In this document: one piece after another, positions 55,524 through 63,851 of the stretch
Position numbering within the stretch: the first letter of the stretch is position 1
How the letters are laid out: each line of letters opens with the position of its first letter
From: a virus
DNA: 64,000 nt
Virus record (IMG/VR): IMGVR_UViG_3300024324_000009
Span: 32,001-96,000 of that record
Direction: 5' to 3' (one strand)
The notes under the pieces: model-generated
Seen by the model: only the letters and a program-made list of their open reading frames with translations
What the model was told of the DNA's origin: nothing
Database searches by the model: none
Translations under genes and position numbers: made by a program

Positions 55524-57394
55524 GCACCTTCTTTCATAAGATCGCTAATGCACATAATCTTATCTAGCATAGCAACCCCTAGAATATCTAGCTTGATCAT
55601 TCCAAGACTTTCAAGGTCAGCCATTTCCATGCCAGCAATTACCTGTTTGTTTTTACTGTCATAGACCATCGGACAGATACCGGCAAGAGGCTCTGCACTG
55701 ACTGCTATACCAGCAGCATGTTTTGACTGAACCGATTTGGTTCCTTCCAATCTCATAGCTTGTTCAAATCTTTTTGACAACGGACCTTCTAATTGACCCT
55801 TTTTACCTATATGACACCACTGTTTTAGTTTTTCAGGGTCGTTCTCTAGTGTCCATCTAATAATAGAAGACTCTCCTGTTGCCTCTTTCATTTCTTGTAA
55901 TTCATCTGCCACTTTAGACTCTTCAGGAATATTTCTAGTGATATCATTCATTTCTTCAAATGTGATACCTCCAAACACCCTAAGTACATCTTTTAATGCC
56001 CCTCTACCCTTGATAGTACCAAACGTAATCATCTGTGACACCTTATCGTCTCCGTAAGTATCACGAATATACTGAATGACTTTTTCACGTTTGTCGATAG
56101 GTACGTCAACATCAATATCAGGCATAGAGGTATGTTCTGCTGTATTTCTACCAGCATTATAAAACCTATCAAAGATGAGACCGTACTTTATAGGGTCAAT
56201 GGTTGTAATACCAATTAGGTAAGAAACCAAACACCCTGCTGCACTTCCTCGTCCCGGTCCCGGTAGCCATTTGTTTTCACGTACATGATTCACAATGTCC
56301 TGTACAATCAGAAAGTAACTAGATAGGTCTGCACCCTGCAAAACACTTAATTCATACTTGATTCTATCTACATATTTTCCATGATCTTCTTTAGGTATAT
56401 TATTAGCTATCTTATCTCGCCATCCGTCCCTGCATAGTTGACGCAAATACTCTCCGTCATCTTTGGCTTCTGGACAGGGAAACGGAGGCAGATTTGGCTT
56501 ACTTAATATGTCATACTCTTCACACATGTCAGAAACAACATTAGTGTTTGCTAGTTCTTCTTCTGTGTGCAGGGCATTCATTTCTTCTTGATCTAATATA
56601 TGAAAATTATCAGATTTAAAAAAGGCATCCAAACCAATAGACTCGCCATTGGACATCTTCCTATTTACCTCTGAGAAGGTCGTTTTTAAATTATTGCACA
56701 AAAGCACCCTTTGATCAACTGCGTCTGTCTTACGGCAATAATGAGCGTCTGGAGTTGCTACAATCCTATTGCCTGTAATCTTTGCTAGTTCTCTGATACA
56801 GTCTGTGAGTTTGTCCTGTAGAGGAATATTCTCATGATCCATCAACTGTGCTTCTAAGAAGAAGTTTTCTTTACCAAACATATGGTTTAACTTACTGACT
56901 AGTCTAGTGCCGACATTTTTCCAATTCGGGTCTATGTCGTCTCCCTGCACTAAATACCTAGCCAGCGTTGATCCTAGATGACCACATATTCCTATAATAT
57001 TACCATCAATAAAATTAGATAATGTATCTAGGTCTAATCTAGGCTTTCTGTAAAAATGCTCAGGAAGGTTTGCTTCTGATGTTAGTCTAATTAATTGTTT
57101 CCATCCTTTAAAATTTTTAGCCAGCAGGAGGAAGTGACTCAACTTTGCATTATCTTTGTCTTTGATTTTGCAGTCTTGTTCACAGACATAGATTTCTTGT
57201 CCAAGTATGGGTTTTATTCCTTGTTTTTTCATCTCTGAGTAAAACTTGATCGCACCGGCAATGTTACCGTGGTCTGTTAATGCACAGGATGTCGCACCAA
57301 TTTCAATACATCTCTCTGCCATGTCTGCTGGTTTGCTCATACCGTCAAGTAGGCTATACATACTGTGGCAGTGAATCGGTTGGTAAGTTATCAT
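55520..57394 (-). CDS. dnaE: DNA polymerase III alpha, N-terminal part (PHP + palm/thumb)
   Basis: HCHSMYSLLDG, LTDHGN, PDAHY, GPGRGSAAGCLVSYLIGIT, MPDIDVD, KHAAG, GMIKLDILG. Confidence 0.95.
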   Translation of the reverse strand: MITYQPIHCHSMYSLLDGMSKPADMAERCIEIGATSCALTDHGNIAGAIKFYSEMKKQGIKPILGQEIYVCEQDCKIKDKDNAKLSHFLLLAKNFKGWKQLIRLTSEANLPEHFYRKPRLDLDTLSNFIDGNIIGICGHLGSTLARYLVQGDDIDPNWKNVGTRLVSKLNHMFGKENFFLEAQLMDHENIPLQDKLTDCIRELAKITGNRIVATPDAHYCRKTDAVDQRVLLCNNLKTTFSEVNRKMSNGESIGLDAFFKSDNFHILDQEEMNALHTEEELANTNVVSDMCEEYDILSKPNLPPFPCPEAKDDGEYLRQLCRDGWRDKIANNIPKEDHGKYVDRIKYELSVLQGADLSSYFLIVQDIVNHVRENKWLPGPGRGSAAGCLVSYLIGITTIDPIKYGLIFDRFYNAGRNTAEHTSMPDIDVDVPIDKREKVIQYIRDTYGDDKVSQMITFGTIKGRGALKDVLRVFGGITFEEMNDITRNIPEESKVADELQEMKEATGESSIIRWTLENDPEKLKQWCHIGKKGQLEGPLSKRFEQAMRLEGTKSVQSKHAAGIAVSAEPLAGICPMVYDSKNKQVIAGMEMADLESLGMIKLDILGVAMLDKIMCISDLMKEGA

Positions 57395-57406
57395 AAGTTC
57401 TCCAAA

Positions 57407-57610
57407 TTAGTATTCGTCTGAAAAGTTTCCATCAAGTTCTCCATCGCTCACAATATCCATTGCACCCAACATGCATATGGTATCCATGAATTCGTCATTG
57501 TTCTCGTCATCGTCGTTTTGTTGATCGTTTTGCTTCTTTGATTTCTCAGCAGGACTGAAAGCACAATATGCACAAAATAAAGCAAGCAAAATCCATAGTA
57601 TCGATTCCAT
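57407..57610 (-). CDS. Small membrane protein with acidic tail
   Basis: GGAGA RBS and own promoter; hydrophobic N-terminus ILWILLALFCAYCAF; D/N-rich tail. Confidence 0.7.
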   Translation of the reverse strand: MESILWILLALFCAYCAFSPAEKSKKQNDQQNDDDENNDEFMDTICMLGAMDIVSDGELDGNFSDEY

Positions 57611-57646
57611 AATTTATTCTCCAAAAACAATTCAAAGTTCTCTTCT

Positions 57647-57674
57647 ATTGTAACACATTCTGACTACTTGTCAA
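57647..57674 (-). promoter_or_regulatory. Sigma70-like promoter with a palindrome over the -35
   Basis: Minus strand TTGACA-N16-TACAAT with TG extension; inverted repeat CTACTTG-T-CAAGTAG at 57664-57678. Confidence 0.7.
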
Positions 57675-58714
57675 GTAGAACCCGGAGCACGATATTTAGC
57701 TACGTTGTATCCATCGACTTGATATACCTTTACAGCTTCTTTGATGCCGTGCATACGAGTATCATGCTTAACTTGCTCACACATCGTCATAACTTCTCCT
57801 ACAGGAGTAACCTGATCTTCTCTGTATTCTACAAGAGGTTCGTGCTTGGTGCCAGCAAATGTCTTTTTACCGAAATCGCATAGTTTTGTACACTTCCATG
57901 TTTTCTTGAGAGGTGGACGCTTACAGTTTTTGATATCCTCGAAAGTTTTACGCAGCATCATCTCAACTTTAAATAAATCTCCTTTTTCAAAATTTATAGA
58001 AAATATGCCGCCGTCATTAATAAAATTAATCGTAACTATAATATGTTTTGCTTGAGGATACAAATGTTGAATAGCATAGTAATACAGCATTAGCTGTGGG
58101 TCTCTCTGTAACTTAGCTATGGTCTTCTCTTCACCTGTGGCCCAATCCAAACGCCTTCCTGTTTTATAGTCAGTAATCTCATATGTATCATCGTTAATTT
58201 TTGTGATCAAGTCGATTGTACCTTTAATCGCCAACTGTCCTTTGACATGGTTGCCTTCTGCGTCAGTAAAGTCATACCAAGCCCAAGGCTTATCAATAGT
58301 AATATCAAACCGTTGTTCAGGCTGGATGATATGCTGATTTCTGGGGTCTAACATACCATTGTTCTGCTCTAAACATTTTTGTATCCATTTTCTACAATCT
58401 CTGTAGTCTACGTCAGTCCATTTATGGTGTGTAAACGCACTGGTATAATAATCATAGACTTTTTGCGTTAAATCATCTATGCTATAATTATGTACATTGA
58501 CATATCCTACAATATCATCCTCAAAGCTACCTTCTTTGTTTTGCAGTCCTAACTGTACGAAAGCAAGTATCTCCATCACCTTATGAACGATGGTTCCTTT
58601 GTCTGCTTTCTTATTAGAATCTCCATTGTGTCCTAATACATACTGGAAAAAGTATTGTTGATTACACATTTTCCATGTGCCTAGTGAACTACTTCTAATA
58701 TATGCTATATCCAT
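57671..58714 (-). CDS. PD-(D/E)xK exonuclease, RecB/AddB/Cas4-like
   Basis: SSSLGTWKMC, KGTIVHKVME, PEQRF, KGTIDLI, ITDYKTG, QLMLYYYA and C-terminal CTKLC. Confidence 0.88.
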   Translation of the reverse strand: MDIAYIRSSSLGTWKMCNQQYFFQYVLGHNGDSNKKADKGTIVHKVMEILAFVQLGLQNKEGSFEDDIVGYVNVHNYSIDDLTQKVYDYYTSAFTHHKWTDVDYRDCRKWIQKCLEQNNGMLDPRNQHIIQPEQRFDITIDKPWAWYDFTDAEGNHVKGQLAIKGTIDLITKINDDTYEITDYKTGRRLDWATGEEKTIAKLQRDPQLMLYYYAIQHLYPQAKHIIVTINFINDGGIFSINFEKGDLFKVEMMLRKTFEDIKNCKRPPLKKTWKCTKLCDFGKKTFAGTKHEPLVEYREDQVTPVGEVMTMCEQVKHDTRMHGIKEAVKVYQVDGYNVAKYRAPGST

Positions 58715-58722
58715 AAAATCTC

Positions 58723-59796
58723 CTATCGAGTTAAAACGCCACCATCCCTTGAAAGCATTAGTTTATCCCATGCAGACAAGGCATCAGGAGCCGTACTGGG
58801 CAGCACCTCAATGTTGTTATTAATAAAATGTGTTGATCCATCAACAAATACCACACCAACTCCACCGGGATGTAGACTTCTAGAAGTTGCTTCATTGTTA
58901 GTTAAATTAAAACAACTCATCCCTTGTGCGTTCATGTCGTAGCTTTGTTGTAAAAGGTTGCAGTTTATTACATTGTCTGCACCTGACGAGGTATTAGCAT
59001 TTGGCCCAGCAGCATCTAGACTCACCCCATCATAAGTTAAGCCGCCATGACCCCATAACGCACTACTGCCAGCACCAGCCATAGCCCAGCAACCTCTAGA
59101 ATCTCGTTCGTCGATACCTGCACGAATTTCTGCTAATAAACAAGTATTAGAAGTTCCATCAGTTATATGTCCGAACTGACTACTCGCTCCATACCCCATG
59201 ACTCCTCTAAGCATAGGGTCGTTCCAGTTCTTGCCATTATTGCCCAGAGCATTAAATGGAGGATGTAAAGTCAAAGAGAACATACCTAGGCCTGCGTTAG
59301 CAGCATAGTTACCTCTAGCCCAGTTATCACCCCATTGTGCAGACCTAGAAGCAGAAGTGCCATTAAATGGCTTCCTATTATATGGGTCACTAGCACAAAG
59401 CATAACACTAAGTTCTGTAGAACGCAACGCCTCATTGCTTGGTGCTGATACAGTAAACCTAGAGTCGCTTTCGTCGTGTAGAGACTTTACTGTGCTTTGC
59501 TCTACATAGTCTAGGATGTCAATTACCCAATTCTTTGTTCTGGTATATGAACCAATGCCATCTGGTGGCAAGTTAGGATCGTTTGATGAAATCTTATGAC
59601 TAGCATACGGAAATCTACGATGTGCAGACTCGTAATTGTGACACGCTAGCCCTAACTGTTTCATATTGCTGGCACAAGACATACGTCTTGCAGCCTCTCT
59701 TGCGGATTGCACAGCAGGCAACAACAAGCCAACAAGCACACCGATGATGGCAATAACAACAAGTAGTTCGATTAAAGTAAATGCTTTCTTATTCAT
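58723..59796 (-). CDS. DUF1559 family prepilin-type N-terminal cleavage/methylation protein
   Basis: KA|FTLIELLVVIAIIGVLVGLLLPAVQSAREAARRMSCASNMKQLGLACHNY, ITDGTSNT..LAE, and a C-terminal H-X9-DG (HPGGVGVVFVDG). Confidence 0.95.
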   Translation of the reverse strand: MNKKAFTLIELLVVIAIIGVLVGLLLPAVQSAREAARRMSCASNMKQLGLACHNYESAHRRFPYASHKISSNDPNLPPDGIGSYTRTKNWVIDILDYVEQSTVKSLHDESDSRFTVSAPSNEALRSTELSVMLCASDPYNRKPFNGTSASRSAQWGDNWARGNYAANAGLGMFSLTLHPPFNALGNNGKNWNDPMLRGVMGYGASSQFGHITDGTSNTCLLAEIRAGIDERDSRGCWAMAGAGSSALWGHGGLTYDGVSLDAAGPNANTSSGADNVINCNLLQQSYDMNAQGMSCFNLTNNEATSRSLHPGGVGVVFVDGSTHFINNNIEVLPSTAPDALSAWDKLMLSRDGGVLTR

Positions 59797-60374
59797 AGTA
59801 ATTTCTCCAAAGTTAAAAAGTTGTCCAATTCATTCAAAGTCTCTTGTACCGTCTTATTAGTATTGTCAATAACTAAATCGAAGTTATCTATTGAAAAATA
59901 AGTGTGATCTAATGCAGTCTCACTGGCATGGTTACTATTATACACGTTCCGTTCCAGTTTGACAACCACCCCGCCAGCATTTTTTATACATTCTACTTCA
60001 TTAGGGAAACGACAGTCTGCTACAAGTGCCAGAAAAGGTGAATCTTTTTCTATGCGACCTATAGTTGCTGCTGACCATACATCATTTTTAATAGTACGAA
60101 ATATATCTGTTCCTACATACTGCATTACTTCTCTAGCAGTCATGTTTTTCCCATGTCTCTTACATTCTGTCAAAGTGTTCTTTGCAGCATCGTCGCCGTA
60201 ACACTGGGTATATGTCAAACCTAAAACATCCATACATACAGTGCGTTTTAGTGGATCAGCAAAATTATATACTTTGCATACTTTATCTCCTGTACACTTA
60301 GACGCAAGGTGTTCTGCACAAGTTGTTTTACCAGACTGTTTTCTGCCAGCAAATGCAATAATCTTAGTTTTCAT
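59793..60374 (-). CDS. Deoxynucleoside monophosphate kinase
   Basis: FAGRKQSGKTT, NFADPLK, REVMQYVGTDIFR, DCRFPNE, HASE. Confidence 0.9.
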   Translation of the reverse strand: MKTKIIAFAGRKQSGKTTCAEHLASKCTGDKVCKVYNFADPLKRTVCMDVLGLTYTQCYGDDAAKNTLTECKRHGKNMTAREVMQYVGTDIFRTIKNDVWSAATIGRIEKDSPFLALVADCRFPNEVECIKNAGGVVVKLERNVYNSNHASETALDHTYFSIDNFDLVIDNTNKTVQETLNELDNFLTLEKLL

Positions 60375-61540
60375 ATAACGTCCTTTATATACTGTTTGAT
60401 TTCCTTGTCAATTTCTTCACTAGTCATTTCACCAATGTCACCCTTAGATATTTCTGGTATAAATACCCTGTAAGTGTTTTGGCATTTGTTCTTAATCTCT
60501 TGTGCCGCCTGCTTACCAGCCTCATCATTATCGGTCAATACTATTATAGCCATTGCTCCCGAAGAGTCCAGTAATATTTTCTGTCTATCGCTCAGATTAC
60601 AGCCAAATATAGCTACACTATTATGTATGCCATTCTCTTCTAGTCTCCATACATTGCCGGGACTCTCTACGATAATAGCTACATGAGACTGCTCTATATG
60701 CTCTTTGGCAAAACCTTTCCAATAGTTGTACAAATTATTCTGACTTTTAAAATCTGCACTATGTTTCCATTTAGAGTAGGCCCATCTATATTCTGAATCA
60801 GGACAATCTTGGTTGGGGTCATGGTAAGCACCACATTTAGGACAAGCCTCAAATATGCTGCGACCAGTACAGCCTACCATATTATCATATTCTAGATTGT
60901 ATATGGGTGCTACTACACGATTATTCATAGGCTTGCCTTTAGAGGCACACAAACCAACGTCATACCTGTCCAATACTTCCTGTGAATATCCTCTATTTAT
61001 AAAGTATTCAGCAGGATAAATTAGTGAACTTCTAACTTGTTTTCTGGTAATCTTAGAGGCTTGAACTTTGTCTTCTTCCCTTATATGATTAATTGCATTG
61101 GTAAAGTTAGACTTATTGCGATTGACCTTTGTGATCTTAATATCTTTCATGTCTTTGTTGACAAACTTTTCTAAGAAAGTTACTGCTTCTTTAAAGGTTG
61201 CCATCTTATCGCCTTGCTTATACCACTTATATTTTCTGTGTGATATAATACCTCTTACGAAACCTATTAGTGAACCCCTAAAGCACTTTTGACAACCATG
61301 AGTCCTACACTTCCAGTTACCCTTATAATTATCGTAGGCATCATCACCCACATGATAAATGTTCAGTGCGGAGTCATTGTCTCCACCGTGTATGGGACAA
61401 GGCATACTATACATCTTGCCTTTATCTTTATATTCAAGATCAAAGTAGTCAAACAATGCTTCTATGTCATCACACGCCATATCGCATAGTATTTTTAACT
61501 TTTTCTGATCACTCGAATGGGATTTGTTCGCTGTCTTCAT
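60371..61540 (-). CDS. dnaG: DnaG-like primase (CHC2 zinc finger + TOPRIM)
   Basis: CPIHGGD...WKCRTHGC, VGCTGRSI, IIVES, LTDNDEAG, KGDIGEM; adjacent to the helicase. Confidence 0.85.
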   Translation of the reverse strand: MKTANKSHSSDQKKLKILCDMACDDIEALFDYFDLEYKDKGKMYSMPCPIHGGDNDSALNIYHVGDDAYDNYKGNWKCRTHGCQKCFRGSLIGFVRGIISHRKYKWYKQGDKMATFKEAVTFLEKFVNKDMKDIKITKVNRNKSNFTNAINHIREEDKVQASKITRKQVRSSLIYPAEYFINRGYSQEVLDRYDVGLCASKGKPMNNRVVAPIYNLEYDNMVGCTGRSIFEACPKCGAYHDPNQDCPDSEYRWAYSKWKHSADFKSQNNLYNYWKGFAKEHIEQSHVAIIVESPGNVWRLEENGIHNSVAIFGCNLSDRQKILLDSSGAMAIIVLTDNDEAGKQAAQEIKNKCQNTYRVFIPEISKGDIGEMTSEEIDKEIKQYIKDVI

Positions 61541-62978
61541 TATTTTCCTCTACCAAAAAGCCATCTGATTCTTGTCCACGATTATTCATTACTTCTAATT
61601 TAGTTTTACCTTCGGTAATCTTTGCACACCAACCTTTCATGTTGCAGTTGATGTAGTCGTTATCGTCTAGTCCTCCACCATGACGACTAATAAGAGGAAC
61701 TAGCTTACGGTTGCCGTTGTCTGCACCATCTTCAGCAATCTCTTCAGACGACTTGCGTTTAAAGATACTGAAATTGCTACAGAGCCATACGATTCTATCT
61801 GAGCCGCTAGCCGTATCTGTGCTCTCTTTTGTTATACCGTCACGGTTTAGCTGAATAAATGCCATGATAGGTATTTTATATTTTGTTGCGAAGTTATGTA
61901 GTTGTGTCATCATAAATCCCAACAGTTGATACTCTTTCATATCCGCACTCATGCCTTGCGTATCCATCAATTTTAGGTAGTCATAGAAGATAACACAGTC
62001 TTTTGCTGTGCCGTCATCATTTAGTCCTACTTCTTTTACGATCCATCTACGCACAATAGACATTTGATCTTCAAAACTTTTACCAGCAATAGACTTATGA
62101 TAATACGGTGTCTTTTTAAGTTTAGCCATTGCTTCTATTATTTTTGTTTTGTTTGCGGGTGTGCCAGCAAACCTTCCGGTTTCTATATCATTTATCTCAA
62201 CCTCTGTCATCATAGCCAGAACACGATTGATATGGTCTTCTTTAGTCATTTCAGTATCCATATTTAATACTGGGATACCGAGTTCACTAGCTATATAAAA
62301 GCCCATATTGTCTGATAATAAAGTCTTACCAGTTTTTGGTCTAGCAGCAATCACGTTGACTGTGGACTTTCTTAGTCCCCCACCTATAGCCTGATCGTAT
62401 GCAGGGAAGCCAGTAGAAATACCTACTTGGTCAACTTTATTTTCTACAAGGTCTTTGACATACGCATCTATATCGCTTCCGATAGTTTCTGGTTTACCAT
62501 CAGAATCATTCAACACGTTCGTAAAATCAAAAACAGCATCTTCAGCTACAGCCAGAATAGAACCAATGCTCTCTGTGCCAGTGACATCCAACAGTTTGTC
62601 TCCAGCCCCTTCTAATTGTTTCTTTAGTAGTCTAGCTATTTCTAGTTTGCGAATTTTTGCTGCAAACTTTCTGACGTTATCCAGATTCACGGGGAAATCT
62701 ATTACGGCTTTGAGATGCTGAACCTCATCCTTTTTCTGAATAACTGCACCAAGAGTTAACTCTTCAGCAGCAGAAAAGATAGATGCCACATCAATAGATG
62801 TTTGTACCTCTTCTTTATCAAAAATAGTCTTCAGGCATTTAAACAGTATCACATTACTGTCTACAGTAAACGTAGATTCGGTTACAATGTCTGCTATATC
62901 TAACCAGCCGTCATGACCATACTTGCACAATCCTGCAAGCACTGCTCGTTCTGCTGATGTGTCGCTTAATACTAACAT
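61509..62978 (-). CDS. dnaB: Replicative DNA helicase, DnaB-like
   Basis: AERAVLAGL, GISTGFPAYD, AARPKTGKT, DTEM, FYDYLKLM, QLNR, SRHG. Confidence 0.93.
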   Translation of the reverse strand: MLVLSDTSAERAVLAGLCKYGHDGWLDIADIVTESTFTVDSNVILFKCLKTIFDKEEVQTSIDVASIFSAAEELTLGAVIQKKDEVQHLKAVIDFPVNLDNVRKFAAKIRKLEIARLLKKQLEGAGDKLLDVTGTESIGSILAVAEDAVFDFTNVLNDSDGKPETIGSDIDAYVKDLVENKVDQVGISTGFPAYDQAIGGGLRKSTVNVIAARPKTGKTLLSDNMGFYIASELGIPVLNMDTEMTKEDHINRVLAMMTEVEINDIETGRFAGTPANKTKIIEAMAKLKKTPYYHKSIAGKSFEDQMSIVRRWIVKEVGLNDDGTAKDCVIFYDYLKLMDTQGMSADMKEYQLLGFMMTQLHNFATKYKIPIMAFIQLNRDGITKESTDTASGSDRIVWLCSNFSIFKRKSSEEIAEDGADNGNRKLVPLISRHGGGLDDNDYINCNMKGWCAKITEGKTKLEVMNNRGQESDGFLVEENNEDSEQIPFE

Positions 62979-63370
62979 TAACCACTACCCTTTGAGCATG
63001 AGTTGCATTTATATCTAGCTTCGCCCTCATATAACAGACTAGCACTGACTTCCTCTGATTTGCCGCATATACGACAAGTTGCTTTTACCATAGATACACT
63101 ACGATTTCTAGGAACAGGAGGATACTGTGATAGCTTTTTCTGCAATTCTGTATCCTGCTTGTGCAGTTTATTTTCCATCATTTCATCAAACTTATTATAG
63201 TGCTTGCCAGTTCTATACGAAGGTCCAGCATCCTTAATAGGAGTATTGGGATTGATCAGTGGGGAGACATCTGTTTTGACTGCCACTGCTTCTTCTTTGT
63301 CTTCTGGAAGCATGGCTTTTAACATGCCAATCATTTGCTTGATCTGTGCTGGACTTAATTCTTCAGCCAT
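62978..63370 (-). CDS. Hypothetical protein with C-terminal zinc finger
   Basis: CRICG...CNSC; coupled to dnaB. Confidence 0.6.
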   Translation of the reverse strand: MAEELSPAQIKQMIGMLKAMLPEDKEEAVAVKTDVSPLINPNTPIKDAGPSYRTGKHYNKFDEMMENKLHKQDTELQKKLSQYPPVPRNRSVSMVKATCRICGKSEEVSASLLYEGEARYKCNSCSKGSG

Positions 63371-63851
63371 TTTTCACCATGCCCTTTGCTCTTTGAATGT
63401 TAATTAAAATATCCGATAGGTTTTTCAATGAACTAGACAAGTAAGTTAGTCTGTCTAGTCTCTGCGTTGCATACTTCTTTATCATGTTTAATTTGAATGC
63501 TTTCTCATTGTGTTTAATTGCTTGGTATGATTTTTCAAGATATCCGTATCCTTTGTAGCTGTTGATTTCATCAGCAATTACAATCTTGATTTCATCGTCA
63601 GCCCAATTAATTCTTGCCTGCTCACGGTTTATAGTTCGCTGTAGATGGAAACCAAATTGTCCAAGTCTAAAAGCGATCTCTGCACAGTGAGTTATATCCA
63701 TCTTTTCTAACACATCTCTCGTCATTGTCAAGTACTCATTTAATTCTTTTTCTGGTAGGCTATCGCCTTTATATGATGGCATACCTAGACCATGTTCATA
63801 TTCGTCTAGTACTGTATCCCAATATTCTATTTGTTCTTTAGCAGTTTTCAT
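63363..63851 (-). CDS. Helical hypothetical protein (UvsY-like mediator possible)
   Basis: 162-aa helical/coiled-coil protein in the replication operon; the function is a guess from size and context. Confidence 0.35.
   Translation of the reverse strand: MKTAKEQIEYWDTVLDEYEHGLGMPSYKGDSLPEKELNEYLTMTRDVLEKMDITHCAEIAFRLGQFGFHLQRTINREQARINWADDEIKIVIADEINSYKGYGYLEKSYQAIKHNEKAFKLNMIKKYATQRLDRLTYLSSSLKNLSDILINIQRAKGMVKNG

Noticed and set aside
54420-55560. Split intein in dnaE (CIS near the end of the N half; N|C at residues 35/36 of the C half; Hint-like look of the 72-aa ORF)
   Set aside because: Both putative intein pieces are too short to form a Hint domain and blocks B, F and G are absent. The LDLNCQKTW segment aligns with ordinary DnaE sequence. 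The 72-aa ORF resemblance is only superficial.
57671-58714. CRISPR-Cas locus suggested by the Cas4-like nuclease
   Set aside because: No repeat-spacer array or other cas genes were seen; solo Cas4/RecB-like nucleases are common in phages.
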